Source: Desulfuromonadaceae bacterium
GTDB lineage: Bacteria > Desulfobacterota > Desulfuromonadia > Desulfuromonadales > Desulfuromonadaceae
Assembly (NCBI GenBank): GCA_034007015.1
Contig: JAVERS010000004.1
Span: forward strand, 15,336 to 79,335
Length of the DNA: 64,000 nucleotides
Direction: 5' to 3'
A model generated the notes under the pieces. The model was not told where the DNA came from and did not search any database. It saw only the letters and a list, made by a program, of their open reading frames with translations. Of this stretch, positions 27,642 to 36,944 are shown in pieces (within the stretch, counting starts at the first letter, position 1; every line of letters starts with the position of its first letter). The position numbers and the translations under genes are program-made.

Positions 27642-30068
27642 ATGAGCGAAGATTACGATGATATAGATGACGAATCGATGTTTTCGGATGGTGATGATGA
27701 GTTTGAAGATATCGGTGACATAAGTGAAGCTCTGCTCCTTGCTTCCGATGTCCTTCCAGAGCAAATTCCCATCATCCCGCTACGTCCACGCCCGGCCTTT
27801 CCCAACATCCTCATCCCCATGAGCATCAGTGGGAAAGAGAAAGTAGACATCATTAAAAAAGCGGCGGATAGCCCCAGCCACGCTATCGGCATGGTGCTAG
27901 TGCGCAACACTGAGGGGAAGGATGAACCGGATAATCTCCACAAAGTTGGTGTTGTGGGGAAGATTGTAAAAATTCTGAAAAGCGAAGAAGACAATATTCA
28001 GGTTCTGGTCAATTGCCTCGAACGCTTCACCATTAAGCACCTGCACGAAACCGAGGATGGTCTGGTTGGAAGCGTGGAATACCTTAAAACGCCTGAAGAT
28101 GCTCAACGCGAAGAGCTTAAGGCGTACTCCATGGCGATAATCACCACTCTCAAAGAGCTGGTGCAAATCAACCCGCTGTACTCCGAAGAGATCAAGATGT
28201 TTCTGGGACGCTCCAGCATGGATGATCCCGGCAAGCTTGCAGACTTTGCGGCTAACCTTACCTCTGCAGATGGACAAGAACTTCAACAGGTCCTGGAAAC
28301 CTTCAACGTACACGCACGGATCGATCAGGTATTGGTGCTGCTAAAAAAAGAACTGGAGGTCTCGCGCCTGCAGAGCAAAATTTCCAAGCAGATTGAAAAA
28401 AAGGTGTCTGCCCAGCAGCGTGAGTTTTTCCTGCGTGAACAGCTCAAGGCGATTAAAAAAGAACTTGGGCTGGAGAAAGAGGGAAAAGTCAGCGAAATCG
28501 AAAAATTTACCGAGCGCCTGAAGGATCTTAAACTCAACGATGAAGCGCAAACAGCGGTTGATGAGGAGCTTGAGAAACTCCAACTCATCGAACCAAGCTC
28601 ACCGGAATACAACGTCAGCCGTAACTACCTGGATTGGCTTACCATCCTTCCGTGGGGGAAAAACACCAAGGACTCCTACAATATCGCCAGGGCACGCAAG
28701 GCACTAGATGCGGACCACTACGGCTTGGAGGATGTGAAGGAGCGGATTCTCGAATTTATCGCCGTCGGGAAGATGAAGGGGGATATCTCCGGCTCTATCC
28801 TATGCTTGGTTGGCCCTCCTGGGGTGGGAAAAACCTCCATTGGCAAGAGTGTTGCCCATGCACTGAAGCGCAACTTCTACCGTTTCTCCCTCGGGGGGAT
28901 GCGCGATGAGGCAGAGATCAAGGGGCATCGGCGCACCTACATTGGGGCGATGCCGGGTAAATTTATTCAGGCGATTAAACAAGCCAAGAGTTCAAATCCA
29001 GTGCTGATGCTGGACGAAATCGACAAGATCGGTGCTTCCTTTCATGGAGATCCTGCTTCAGCCCTGCTTGAGGTGTTAGATCCAGAGCAGAACAGCAGCT
29101 TTCGCGATCACTACATGGATGTCCCTTTTGACCTTTCCAATGTCCTGTTTATCGCCACCGCAAACCAGCTCGATACCATCCCTGCGCCTTTACTCGACCG
29201 CATGGAAGTTATCCGCCTTTCGGGCTATATCATGGCGGAAAAGGTTGAAATAGCGAAACGCTACTTGATCCCTAAAGCGCTGCAGAGCCACGGTCTGACG
29301 CGGCAACAGGTAAGTATCCGCAAGGATGCCCTCGAAGCTATTGTAGACGATTACGCACGCGAGGCTGGGGTGCGAGGACTGGAAAACCGAATTAAAAAGA
29401 TTATGCGCAAAGCAGCGATGGCTTTTTGCGATGCGCAAAAAGATAAGCTCATTTTGCGCAAAAACAATCTGGAAAAATACCTTGGGAAGCCGGTGTTCAG
29501 TCAAGATGAGGTGTTTGAAAATGTGCCCGGCGTAGCTACTGGGCTTGCATGGACCAGCTTAGGCGGGGCAACCCTCCAAATCGAAGCAACCGCGGTAAAA
29601 ACCAGCAATAAAGGGTTCAAGCAGACTGGTCAACTAGGCAAGGTTATGGTGGAAAGTTCTGAGATTGCGTACTCCTTTGTTATGGGGAATTTGAAGCACT
29701 TCGGCATGCAGGAGGACTTCTTTGACCACCACTTTGTCCACATGCACGTCCCCGCCGGAGCAACCCCAAAGGATGGACCTTCCGCAGGGATAACTATGGC
29801 AACTGCACTTTTCTCCATGATTTCAAACACACCGGTGCGAAAAAAGCTGGGAATGACCGGAGAATTGACCCTCACAGGTCAGGTGCTTCCCATCGGCGGA
29901 GTAAAAGAGAAAACTATCGCCGCGCGCCGCAGTGGCTTGAAAGTGCTGATCTTCCCAGAGAGTAACCGTAAAGACTTTGAAGACCTCCCCGAACATCTGC
30001 GCGAGGGGCTGGAAGTACACTTTGCCAAAAATTACACCGATGTTTACAATATCGCCTTTCCGAAATAA
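27642..30068 (+). CDS. lon: ATP-dependent Lon protease (LonA)
   Basis: LON N-domain (IPIIPLRPRPAFPNILIPM), AAA+ Walker A GPPGVGKTS, and protease Ser motif PKDGPSAG. ATG 27642 lies 9 nt after GAAAGGGA. The first ~40 residues are extremely acidic. Confidence 0.95.
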   Translation: MSEDYDDIDDESMFSDGDDEFEDIGDISEALLLASDVLPEQIPIIPLRPRPAFPNILIPMSISGKEKVDIIKKAADSPSHAIGMVLVRNTEGKDEPDNLHKVGVVGKIVKILKSEEDNIQVLVNCLERFTIKHLHETEDGLVGSVEYLKTPEDAQREELKAYSMAIITTLKELVQINPLYSEEIKMFLGRSSMDDPGKLADFAANLTSADGQELQQVLETFNVHARIDQVLVLLKKELEVSRLQSKISKQIEKKVSAQQREFFLREQLKAIKKELGLEKEGKVSEIEKFTERLKDLKLNDEAQTAVDEELEKLQLIEPSSPEYNVSRNYLDWLTILPWGKNTKDSYNIARARKALDADHYGLEDVKERILEFIAVGKMKGDISGSILCLVGPPGVGKTSIGKSVAHALKRNFYRFSLGGMRDEAEIKGHRRTYIGAMPGKFIQAIKQAKSSNPVLMLDEIDKIGASFHGDPASALLEVLDPEQNSSFRDHYMDVPFDLSNVLFIATANQLDTIPAPLLDRMEVIRLSGYIMAEKVEIAKRYLIPKALQSHGLTRQQVSIRKDALEAIVDDYAREAGVRGLENRIKKIMRKAAMAFCDAQKDKLILRKNNLEKYLGKPVFSQDEVFENVPGVATGLAWTSLGGATLQIEATAVKTSNKGFKQTGQLGKVMVESSEIAYSFVMGNLKHFGMQEDFFDHHFVHMHVPAGATPKDGPSAGITMATALFSMISNTPVRKKLGMTGELTLTGQVLPIGGVKEKTIAARRSGLKVLIFPESNRKDFEDLPEHLREGLEVHFAKNYTDVYNIAFPK

Positions 30069-30082
30069 TTGGAGAAAAACCT

Positions 30083-30310
30083 ATGAACATTGAAGAGTTG
30101 AAGCAGCAAGTTATGCAGTTAACCACCACTGAAAAACAGGAGTTCATCCTCACGGCCCTGCCGGATCTGGCCGATGAAGCTCTGCAAGACTCAGGCTTTA
30201 TGTTACGCCTGCTTCCGGTAATGCTGGAGATTGTCAAAAAGAGTGGCATCGACCTGCAACAACTTATGCAGTTTGCCGCCCTGCAGCAGGGCAACTCGAA
30301 CAACTCCTAA
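30083..30310 (+). CDS. Small hypothetical protein (75 aa) downstream of lon
   Basis: ATG 14 nt after the lon stop with a GGAGAAAAA RBS. Helical, acidic, with no recognisable motif. Confidence 0.45.
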   Translation: MNIEELKQQVMQLTTTEKQEFILTALPDLADEALQDSGFMLRLLPVMLEIVKKSGIDLQQLMQFAALQQGNSNNS

Positions 30311-30359
30311 TTTTGACGTTTTATCCGAGACAGACCGAAGCGAGATTCACCAAGCAGAT

Positions 30360-31154
30360 CTACACTAGGGGATAGACAGCCGCAGTCAGTTCTCGACTGC
30401 GGCTGTCGCCCCCACTCTCGTGCCATATTTGCGCCAAAGCGGTAAACGCTGTATCCATAAGCTCTTTCTGAAACATATTCATCATCACGCTGCTTGGCTC
30501 TTCAAACATAGTCCAACCAAGTGCCGCGCGGCACGCTTCTGCACTGGTGGAAGTGATAGAGCGGCACAGGAGAGGGCGCACGGGATAGATGGAGCAACTC
30601 CCCTCTTGATCGAGAAAAACACAAGGTTGATTGGTGGCGATACGCTCATCATCATCAAGTCCGCCGATCACCACGAGCATCTGGCGCATCTGCGCACGCA
30701 ACCGTGCTAATTCAGCTGCACTACGGGTATGGCGCAAATATGCCGCGATATTGTAAGCCTCAGGGACTAGGGTGGCCACGTTAACGCGACAACAGGCGCT
30801 ACACCCCGCGTTGCATGCAATCATCTCGCTGTCAGAAGCATGTAGCCCAGCACATAACTCGCCCTCCACCTGCTGGAGAAACTCCTTCAGTGATAGCTGT
30901 ACAGGCGCGGCGGCGTCAATATGGCCCTGAAAGCTCGAGTGTAACTTCTGCCCCCAAGTATTAAAATCAAACTCCGGAGTAGTACTGGTCAAGGTCTGCA
31001 TGGTATTATCCATCCTATACTCGAACGCAATTGAGGTTAAAACAGGGTGAAAATAAAGAAATAAAGCTTCAATGTCAGTAAAACCATGTTCTACATATTC
31101 TTCTATATGCTCTGCCTCAATTGTCAACATTCCTAACAAACTAACACCACTCAC
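30360..31154 (-). CDS. YkgJ-family (CxxCxxCC) zinc/iron-chelating cysteine-cluster protein
   Basis: CNAGCSACCRVNV plus the distal C..C pattern of the UPF0153/YkgJ family. The start is uncertain; an internal Met at 31013 is possible. Confidence 0.6.
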   Translation of the reverse strand: MSGVSLLGMLTIEAEHIEEYVEHGFTDIEALFLYFHPVLTSIAFEYRMDNTMQTLTSTTPEFDFNTWGQKLHSSFQGHIDAAAPVQLSLKEFLQQVEGELCAGLHASDSEMIACNAGCSACCRVNVATLVPEAYNIAAYLRHTRSAAELARLRAQMRQMLVVIGGLDDDERIATNQPCVFLDQEGSCSIYPVRPLLCRSITSTSAEACRAALGWTMFEEPSSVMMNMFQKELMDTAFTALAQIWHESGGDSRSRELTAAVYPLV

Positions 31155-31233
31155 CTTTTATACCACTAATGGCTTTAGCGCCTGAATTGCGCGCGCATCT
31201 CTGACGCGGCAGTGGCGCCGCCGGGAGAAACGT

Positions 31234-31839
31234 ATGCAAAAGTTATTTACTAAGTTGTCTAAATTGCTCGCAGTTGTCTTGACCTTCGGGCTGATGCTGA
31301 GCCTCAGTGCGTGTGGTTACAATGATATCCAACGCAATGATGAAGCAGTGCTGCAGGCGTGGGCAGATGTCGAAGCGACCTATCAACGTCGTTTGGATTT
31401 GATCCCAAATCTGGTTGAAACCGTGAAAGGGTACGCAGCCCACGAACAGGAAACTCTGGAGAACGTTACCCGTACACGTGCCACTGTGGGGCAAACCAAT
31501 ATCAGCGCCGCAGATCTCAACGATCCCGCGGCGCTACAGCGCTTTGCCGCTGCGCAGCAGCAGATGTCCGGCGCTCTGTCGCGCCTGCTTCTGGTGGCGG
31601 AGCGTTATCCAGACCTGAAAGCGAGTCAAAACTTTCGCGATCTGCAGCACCAACTGGAGGGGACGGAGAATCGCATCAATGTAGCGCGCCAGCGCTTTAA
31701 TGCCGCAGTGCAGAAGTTTAACTCCTCAATCAGGACCTTTCCAAATAATCTGACCAACAAGTTTTTGTTAAAACTTGAACGTAAAGAGCCGTTCAGTGCC
31801 ACAACCGGTGCCGAAACCGCCCCCGAGGTGAAATTTTGA
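31234..31839 (+). CDS. lemA: LemA family lipoprotein
   Basis: Lipobox LSACG. LemA core AWADVEATYQRRLDLIPNLVETVKGYA.HE..TL..V...R. Confidence 0.9.
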   Translation: MQKLFTKLSKLLAVVLTFGLMLSLSACGYNDIQRNDEAVLQAWADVEATYQRRLDLIPNLVETVKGYAAHEQETLENVTRTRATVGQTNISAADLNDPAALQRFAAAQQQMSGALSRLLLVAERYPDLKASQNFRDLQHQLEGTENRINVARQRFNAAVQKFNSSIRTFPNNLTNKFLLKLERKEPFSATTGAETAPEVKF

Positions 31840-32579
31840 TTTCAACTGTGACGCTGCATAGGTCTACGCTGTGTGCGGTACTCGTGACGCTATGTGTGTG
31901 CATGTTCGGAGTGTTGACCGCTTCCACAACGACAGCGGCGCCACAACTTCCAACTACTATTAGCGCCTACGTCACAGATCAGGCCGACATGCTCAGCGCC
32001 GCTACTGAGCAAAAACTCACCACGTTTCTACGCCAGTTTGAACAGAGCGACTCCACCCAGATTGCGGTTGTCACTATCCCTTCTCTACAGGGGCGTGCGC
32101 TAAGCGAATACAGCATTGAGCTCGCTTCCAACACCGCGCTAGGTCAACATAAGCACGACAACGGAGCATTACTTCTCGTTGCGCGGGATGAGCGCAAAAT
32201 AAGGATAGAGGTGGGCAAAGGGTTGGAAGGACGCCTTACCGATCTGCTCGCTGGGCGTATCATTGACCTAGAGATCGCACCGCGGTTTAAGCAAGGGATG
32301 TTTGAAGAAGGTATTGTAGCCGGTGCTGCCGCCATGGCTGCTAGTGTGCGCGGAGAATACACGGGCACAGGGTCATCTGCGGGGAAGGAAAAGCGCAACC
32401 CCTTCGGCTGGCTGATCATGCTGCTGTTTCTTGCACCGGGGCTACTCCCCTTTGGTTCCAGGCGGCGACGTTCAAGGTCCATCTTCTTCCCCGGTGGCTT
32501 TGGCGGAGGACGCGGCGGCGGTGGTTTCAGCGGCGGCGGTGGCGGTTTTGGTGGCGGCGGCGCTTCTGGTGGGTGGTAA
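31836..32579 (+). CDS. TPM-domain protein (YgcG-like) with Gly-rich tail
   Basis: TPM fold motifs (YVTDQADMLS...QIAVVTIPSL; LLLVARDERKIRIEVGKGLEG), a TM segment, and a GGFGGGRGGGGFSGGGGGFGGGG C-terminus. TTG start overlaps the lemA stop. Confidence 0.8.
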   Translation: MISTVTLHRSTLCAVLVTLCVCMFGVLTASTTTAAPQLPTTISAYVTDQADMLSAATEQKLTTFLRQFEQSDSTQIAVVTIPSLQGRALSEYSIELASNTALGQHKHDNGALLLVARDERKIRIEVGKGLEGRLTDLLAGRIIDLEIAPRFKQGMFEEGIVAGAAAMAASVRGEYTGTGSSAGKEKRNPFGWLIMLLFLAPGLLPFGSRRRRSRSIFFPGGFGGGRGGGGFSGGGGGFGGGGASGGW

Positions 32580-32614
32580 AAAACGTCCTCTCACATTTAT
32601 TCACAGGAGATAGT

Positions 32615-33286
32615 ATGATACCACGAGCAGCGCATAGTTTTTTTACCCCCGCAGAACAGGAGAAGATTCGTACTGCGGTAGCGCGGGTAGAAGAGCAGAG
32701 CCACGGCGAAATTGTCCCCGTAATTATAGATCAGGCTTCAAGTTACAGCCGTACCACAGCGTGCAGTGCATTCTTGCTCACCATGGCTCTCACCTCCATC
32801 ACTCTGTGGATCATGCCGGCAACCGAGCAAATGCATCTGTTCTGGCAACTTCCCGTCGGGTGCACTCTGTGTTTTGCCATTTTCTACTTTATGCTCGAAC
32901 AACTTCCGGGAATAAAAAGGATGCTGCTGAGCCCAAGTGAAGTGGAACGCGCCATGACGGCGAAAGCGTTCGAGCAATTTACCCGGCATGGCATTTACAA
33001 AACCCGTGAACAGAGTGGAATCCTGATTCTTATTTCTCTGTTTGAACACCGCGTAGAGGTTTTGGCAGACGAAGGGATCAACGCTAGAGTTGATCCGGAG
33101 GAATGGCACCAAGTGGTGGATGAAATTGTTGCCGGCTTGAAACACGGAGACGCCTGCACAGGGGTGTGCAACGCCATCGCCCGCTGCGAAGCTCTCTTGG
33201 TAGAACACTTCCCCCATACACAGGCAAGTGCTGCCGCGGATACCAATGAACTCCCCAACCTGATAGTATCCCGTCCTTCTTTCTAA
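32615..33286 (+). CDS. TPM-domain membrane protein
   Basis: FFTPAEQEKIRTAVARVEEQSHGEIVPVII..GILILISLFEHRVEVLADEGI. ATG 32615 follows an AGGAGA RBS. Confidence 0.8.
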   Translation: MIPRAAHSFFTPAEQEKIRTAVARVEEQSHGEIVPVIIDQASSYSRTTACSAFLLTMALTSITLWIMPATEQMHLFWQLPVGCTLCFAIFYFMLEQLPGIKRMLLSPSEVERAMTAKAFEQFTRHGIYKTREQSGILILISLFEHRVEVLADEGINARVDPEEWHQVVDEIVAGLKHGDACTGVCNAIARCEALLVEHFPHTQASAAADTNELPNLIVSRPSF

Positions 33287-34587
33287 CCTAGATCAGCCGA
33301 ACGGAGCGGATCACGCATGTAGTCCAGATGGCGGGAACCTCCCTTCCAGCCGGGCAGCAGAAGGGAATACATGCGTGCACTGCGGTTGTGGAGTTCAAGC
33401 AATTGGTGCGCCTGTCTCAACATTGCAGGTGCAGAGTGGTAATGACGCTTGAGCAGCGCATTGACACGTGAAAAATTCCCCACTAGCGGAAGCTTCATCG
33501 AGGCGCGACACTGACGCAAGAACGCCTCTCCCCTGGCACTTGCCCCCAACAGCGGAATAAACGGCACTCCCGCTTTTAGGTGCAATTCCATCTGTGCAGG
33601 GGTAACCCCCAGCGCAGCATAACATAATAGGCGCTGCACCCGAGTGCGGGTGAGGTGACGAGCCTTTGCCCCATCTACAAGCTCGGCATAGGTTGTTGCG
33701 TGCAGCGCTGCCTGTAGAAAGCGAGCGCGCAACCCGGGTTGAAACTGATATATCTGCGTATCCGCATCCTCCCCCCCCACGACATTCGACCGCAAACATC
33801 CAGCCGCAACCAGCATGAACCAGCGCTCCATGTCACTTATATTGCCGTGGCACTGTGCCAGGTGCAGGATACGCGCACTTACTGCGGGAACATACGGAGT
33901 AATATCTTCTTGTTGCGCCAGCATGTGCCGAACAGCCGTGGCGCTTGCAATGTCGGTGCTCTGCGGTTTGCACGCATGAAAACTACCCCCAATGCGGGCG
34001 ATGGTGAAAGGCTGCAAATCAATATGGGGCGCAGCGGCAAGAGCACGCAGATATGCAAGTCCGAGGATATTGTTGGGAGCTTGCAGATCGAAAGTCGCTG
34101 CCGTAGCTACCGTAGTGCTTCTCTGCCCAACGTTGCTCTGCCGCAGACGTTCCTGCCGTGCCGCGGGGTAATTCGTCCCACGTCGGAAATGGAGGGCCTC
34201 ACCCTCCTCTGCAGCAGTGGAGCTTATCGCCGCAGCCATGCGCTGCAATTCTTCCAGCGTGCCACTTTCACTCCCGAAGCAGAAACAATCCAGATGGGGA
34301 GAAAATGCGTGCAGCACCTCCAGTGCGCCGGCGGCAAAATGGGGGGCACTGTTGCATCCCCATGGGAACGGTAGTTCCACCACCACGTCCACGCCACAAC
34401 TTAGTGCCATGCGCGTGCGTTCCCATTTATCTATCAGGGCTGGCTCTCCACGCTGAAGGAAATGTCCCCCCATGGCGGCCACTACAACATCAGCGCCACT
34501 GGCTACACGTGCCTGCTCTACATGGTACACATGCCCATTGTGGAAGGGATTATATTCAGTGATCAGACCTACGCCGCGCAAACTCAT
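33283..34587 (-). CDS. tmcAL: Nucleotidyltransferase family protein, tRNA(Met) cytidine acetate ligase-like (TmcAL/YlbM, UPF0348)
   Basis: The N-terminus GLITEYNPFHNGHVYHVEQAR is the HxGH nucleotidyltransferase signature of the YlbM/TmcAL family. 434 aa. Confidence 0.7.
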   Translation of the reverse strand: MSLRGVGLITEYNPFHNGHVYHVEQARVASGADVVVAAMGGHFLQRGEPALIDKWERTRMALSCGVDVVVELPFPWGCNSAPHFAAGALEVLHAFSPHLDCFCFGSESGTLEELQRMAAAISSTAAEEGEALHFRRGTNYPAARQERLRQSNVGQRSTTVATAATFDLQAPNNILGLAYLRALAAAPHIDLQPFTIARIGGSFHACKPQSTDIASATAVRHMLAQQEDITPYVPAVSARILHLAQCHGNISDMERWFMLVAAGCLRSNVVGGEDADTQIYQFQPGLRARFLQAALHATTYAELVDGAKARHLTRTRVQRLLCYAALGVTPAQMELHLKAGVPFIPLLGASARGEAFLRQCRASMKLPLVGNFSRVNALLKRHYHSAPAMLRQAHQLLELHNRSARMYSLLLPGWKGGSRHLDYMRDPLRSADLG

Positions 34588-35303
34588 TACACAATAAGCG
34601 GCAAGCGCCGCACAATTCGGGTTTGGGTGGGGGTGGTTTCGGTCTGATATGCTAGCGGCTCAACTCCGTGACGCAACACCTCACGCAAAATATGGGCGTA
34701 ATCAGGGTCGATATCAGCGGCTGGAGCAAATACCTGCGCCTCTGCACGCTGAACCAGAAACAGGATAACTCCGCGCTCTCCCCGCGCACACGCCGCACGC
34801 AATGCCTGTAGATGGCGTTGGCCGCGCTGCGTCACTGCATCAGGGAAACATGCACATGCAGAGGTCCCCATATAGGTTACATTTTTCACTTCCACCCATA
34901 CGCTACATCGATTTTTATTCTTTAGGTGCTCTTTATCCTCTGGGTCGAGACGAAAATCGATGCGACTTTCCCCCAGACGCTGCTCCGGTGTGATGCGATA
35001 GCCCTCCAGCCCTGCAAGGATACCGCACGTCAGAGCTTCCTCCACCACCCGGTTACTGCGCTGGGTATTGATATCTACCCAACTCCCCTCCACCTGAATC
35101 AGCTCCAGGGTATGGGGATATTTGCGCTGCAGATTGTCGCTATGAGAAAACATCACGCGTAAACCCGGCTCGGCGCACTGCTTCATGCTCCCAGTATTCG
35201 GGGTATGGGCGGTGATGGAGGTTCCATCGGGCAGGCGAATATCTGCAAGAAAGCGCTTATAGCGCCGCTCTAGAATGCCCTCTTTCATCAGTGGCAGCTT
35301 CAT
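34587..35303 (-). CDS. sfsA: Sugar fermentation stimulation protein homolog (SfsA nuclease-like)
   Basis: 238 aa. GILERRYKRFLADIRLPDG..ITAHTPNTGSM..EVKNVT is conserved SfsA sequence. Its stop overlaps the tmcAL ATG (TAATG). Confidence 0.9.
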   Translation of the reverse strand: MKLPLMKEGILERRYKRFLADIRLPDGTSITAHTPNTGSMKQCAEPGLRVMFSHSDNLQRKYPHTLELIQVEGSWVDINTQRSNRVVEEALTCGILAGLEGYRITPEQRLGESRIDFRLDPEDKEHLKNKNRCSVWVEVKNVTYMGTSACACFPDAVTQRGQRHLQALRAACARGERGVILFLVQRAEAQVFAPAADIDPDYAHILREVLRHGVEPLAYQTETTPTQTRIVRRLPLIV

Positions 35304-35617
35304 TCAACATCTCCTCGGAGAGCAGCGTCCTCGTGTAAGAGCAACTCTTCAAGTTTCGCGCGTTTGCGTTCCACGGCGCGTTCTACTTCTGCGGCTCCAA
35401 ACATCCAGCGCAGCTGTCCGAGCATGAGGATAACATCCGCCATTTCATCAACAACTCTACTCGCATCAGCCTTATCTCGGCGGTAGTGGAGCAAAGCGGT
35501 AGTGAGTTCAGCACACTCTTCAATAACCTGATCGTATTGCGCCTGTTCGCCCCATTTTTTAAGGGTGCGGCGATACAATTCTATGTTGTCCTCTTGCTGC
35601 ATAAACGGACTCCACAA
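35300..35617 (-). CDS. MazG-like nucleotide pyrophosphohydrolase domain protein
   Basis: 105 aa. The EECAELTTAL..VDEMADVILML pattern (EExxE..D metal site) fits small MazG-type proteins. ATGA overlap with sfsA. Confidence 0.65.
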   Translation of the reverse strand: MWSPFMQQEDNIELYRRTLKKWGEQAQYDQVIEECAELTTALLHYRRDKADASRVVDEMADVILMLGQLRWMFGAAEVERAVERKRAKLEELLLHEDAALRGDVE

Positions 35618-35666
35618 ATGTCACTAACCTCGGGAGGCATAGCTGGGTTGGGTAATAAGATATAGT

Positions 35667-35703
35667 GCAAAAACAGAAAAACAGGTCCAACATGCAACCT
35701 GTT
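35667..35703 (-). terminator. Rho-independent terminator after the GAF-GGDEF gene
   Basis: Minus strand: aacaggt-(10 nt)-acctgtt followed by tttctgttttt. Confidence 0.6.
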
Positions 35704-35744
35704 ATATCTAAGCACTTATTTAACCTGAATGTTACCTAAAAAAC

Positions 35745-36797
35745 TTACGCCATCATGATCCCGTTGCGTGTAGTCGCCTTGACCTTGTACATCATGTTGT
35801 CAGCAAGGCGGATAAGATCAAGTTTGTTGTCCACATCTTCGGGCATGGAAGCGATGCCAAAGCTGGCAGTAACCTGTATCGGGGTGCCATCCTCCGCAAT
35901 CAAAACATGATCACAAATGCGCCGGCGCAGATTAGCTACCAGTTCGTATGCTCCCATTTTATCGGTCTGCGGCAGAATAATGACAAACTCATCCCCACCA
36001 TAGCGTGCACCACAATCTACTGCACGCAGGCGTTTCTTGATAAGCTGCCCGATCTCTGTGAGCACCTGACTCCCTATCAAGTGTCCGTGGCGGTCATTGA
36101 CCCGTTTAAAGTGGTCGAGGTCGAGAAACACCAGCGAAACAGGGGTATTAAAACGTTGCGAGCGCCTGATCTCTATGTCAAGTATTTCATCGAAGTAGCG
36201 CGCATTGTGCAGCCCAGTTAAATCATCTGTAATCACCAACTCGCGTACTTTACTAAAATTACGTGCATTGGATATCCCAATGGCAATATAATCGGAGATA
36301 GTGGAAAGGAGAATAAGGTCGTTTTCATCGAACACCGGTTCATTGAGACCATTTACCAGCTGCATAACTCCTAGCAGCGTCCCCTGAATCTCCACCGGCA
36401 CACACACAACCGAACCCGCCTCAAACCCTGTCTGTGTCTCTAAACAGTCGTTGTAACGCGGGTCAACAATAGCGTTCTCGATAAGAGCTGGGCAACGGTG
36501 CTGTGCCACCCACCCGACGATCCCCTGCCCCAGAGGCAGACGTTGCCCCTTCAGTTGCGCGGCAACCTCGGAAACCACAACATCGAAAACAAGATCGTTG
36601 CTCTTTTCATCGTACAGGAGCAGAGACCAAGCACGGGACTTAAACAGCAAGTTAGCTTTTTCAATGATAATGTTGGTGAGTTCTTCGATATCAAGAGTAG
36701 ATGTAAGGGTTTTGCCGATCTGAACCAATGTTTCAAGTTCCTCGTTGCGCCGATGGAGCATTTCCAGCAACCGCTTGTCATCCTTATCGTATAACAT
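35745..36797 (-). CDS. GAF-domain diguanylate cyclase (GGDEF)
   Basis: GAF domain followed by a GGDEF domain with an intact active site (ARYGGDEFVIIL). An RAVD I-site lies 5 residues upstream. Confidence 0.9.
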   Translation of the reverse strand: MLYDKDDKRLLEMLHRRNEELETLVQIGKTLTSTLDIEELTNIIIEKANLLFKSRAWSLLLYDEKSNDLVFDVVVSEVAAQLKGQRLPLGQGIVGWVAQHRCPALIENAIVDPRYNDCLETQTGFEAGSVVCVPVEIQGTLLGVMQLVNGLNEPVFDENDLILLSTISDYIAIGISNARNFSKVRELVITDDLTGLHNARYFDEILDIEIRRSQRFNTPVSLVFLDLDHFKRVNDRHGHLIGSQVLTEIGQLIKKRLRAVDCGARYGGDEFVIILPQTDKMGAYELVANLRRRICDHVLIAEDGTPIQVTASFGIASMPEDVDNKLDLIRLADNMMYKVKATTRNGIMMA

Positions 36798-36944
36798 CCA
36801 TTCCTCCGAGGAGTCTGTCGGCGCTAGAGCTCAATTACCCAACAGGGGGGGGAAATATACATCTAAATCTGCATAATAACTTAATATTGACCAAGTTGCA
36901 GTTTTTTTCGCTTCCCCCGCGCTGGGTACAATGCGCAGGTGGCG

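Noticed and set aside
33739-34562. Plus-strand ORFs of 211 and 134 aa
   Set aside because: They are antisense to the TmcAL-like gene. Their composition (R/P/S-rich) is typical of GC-rich shadow frames.
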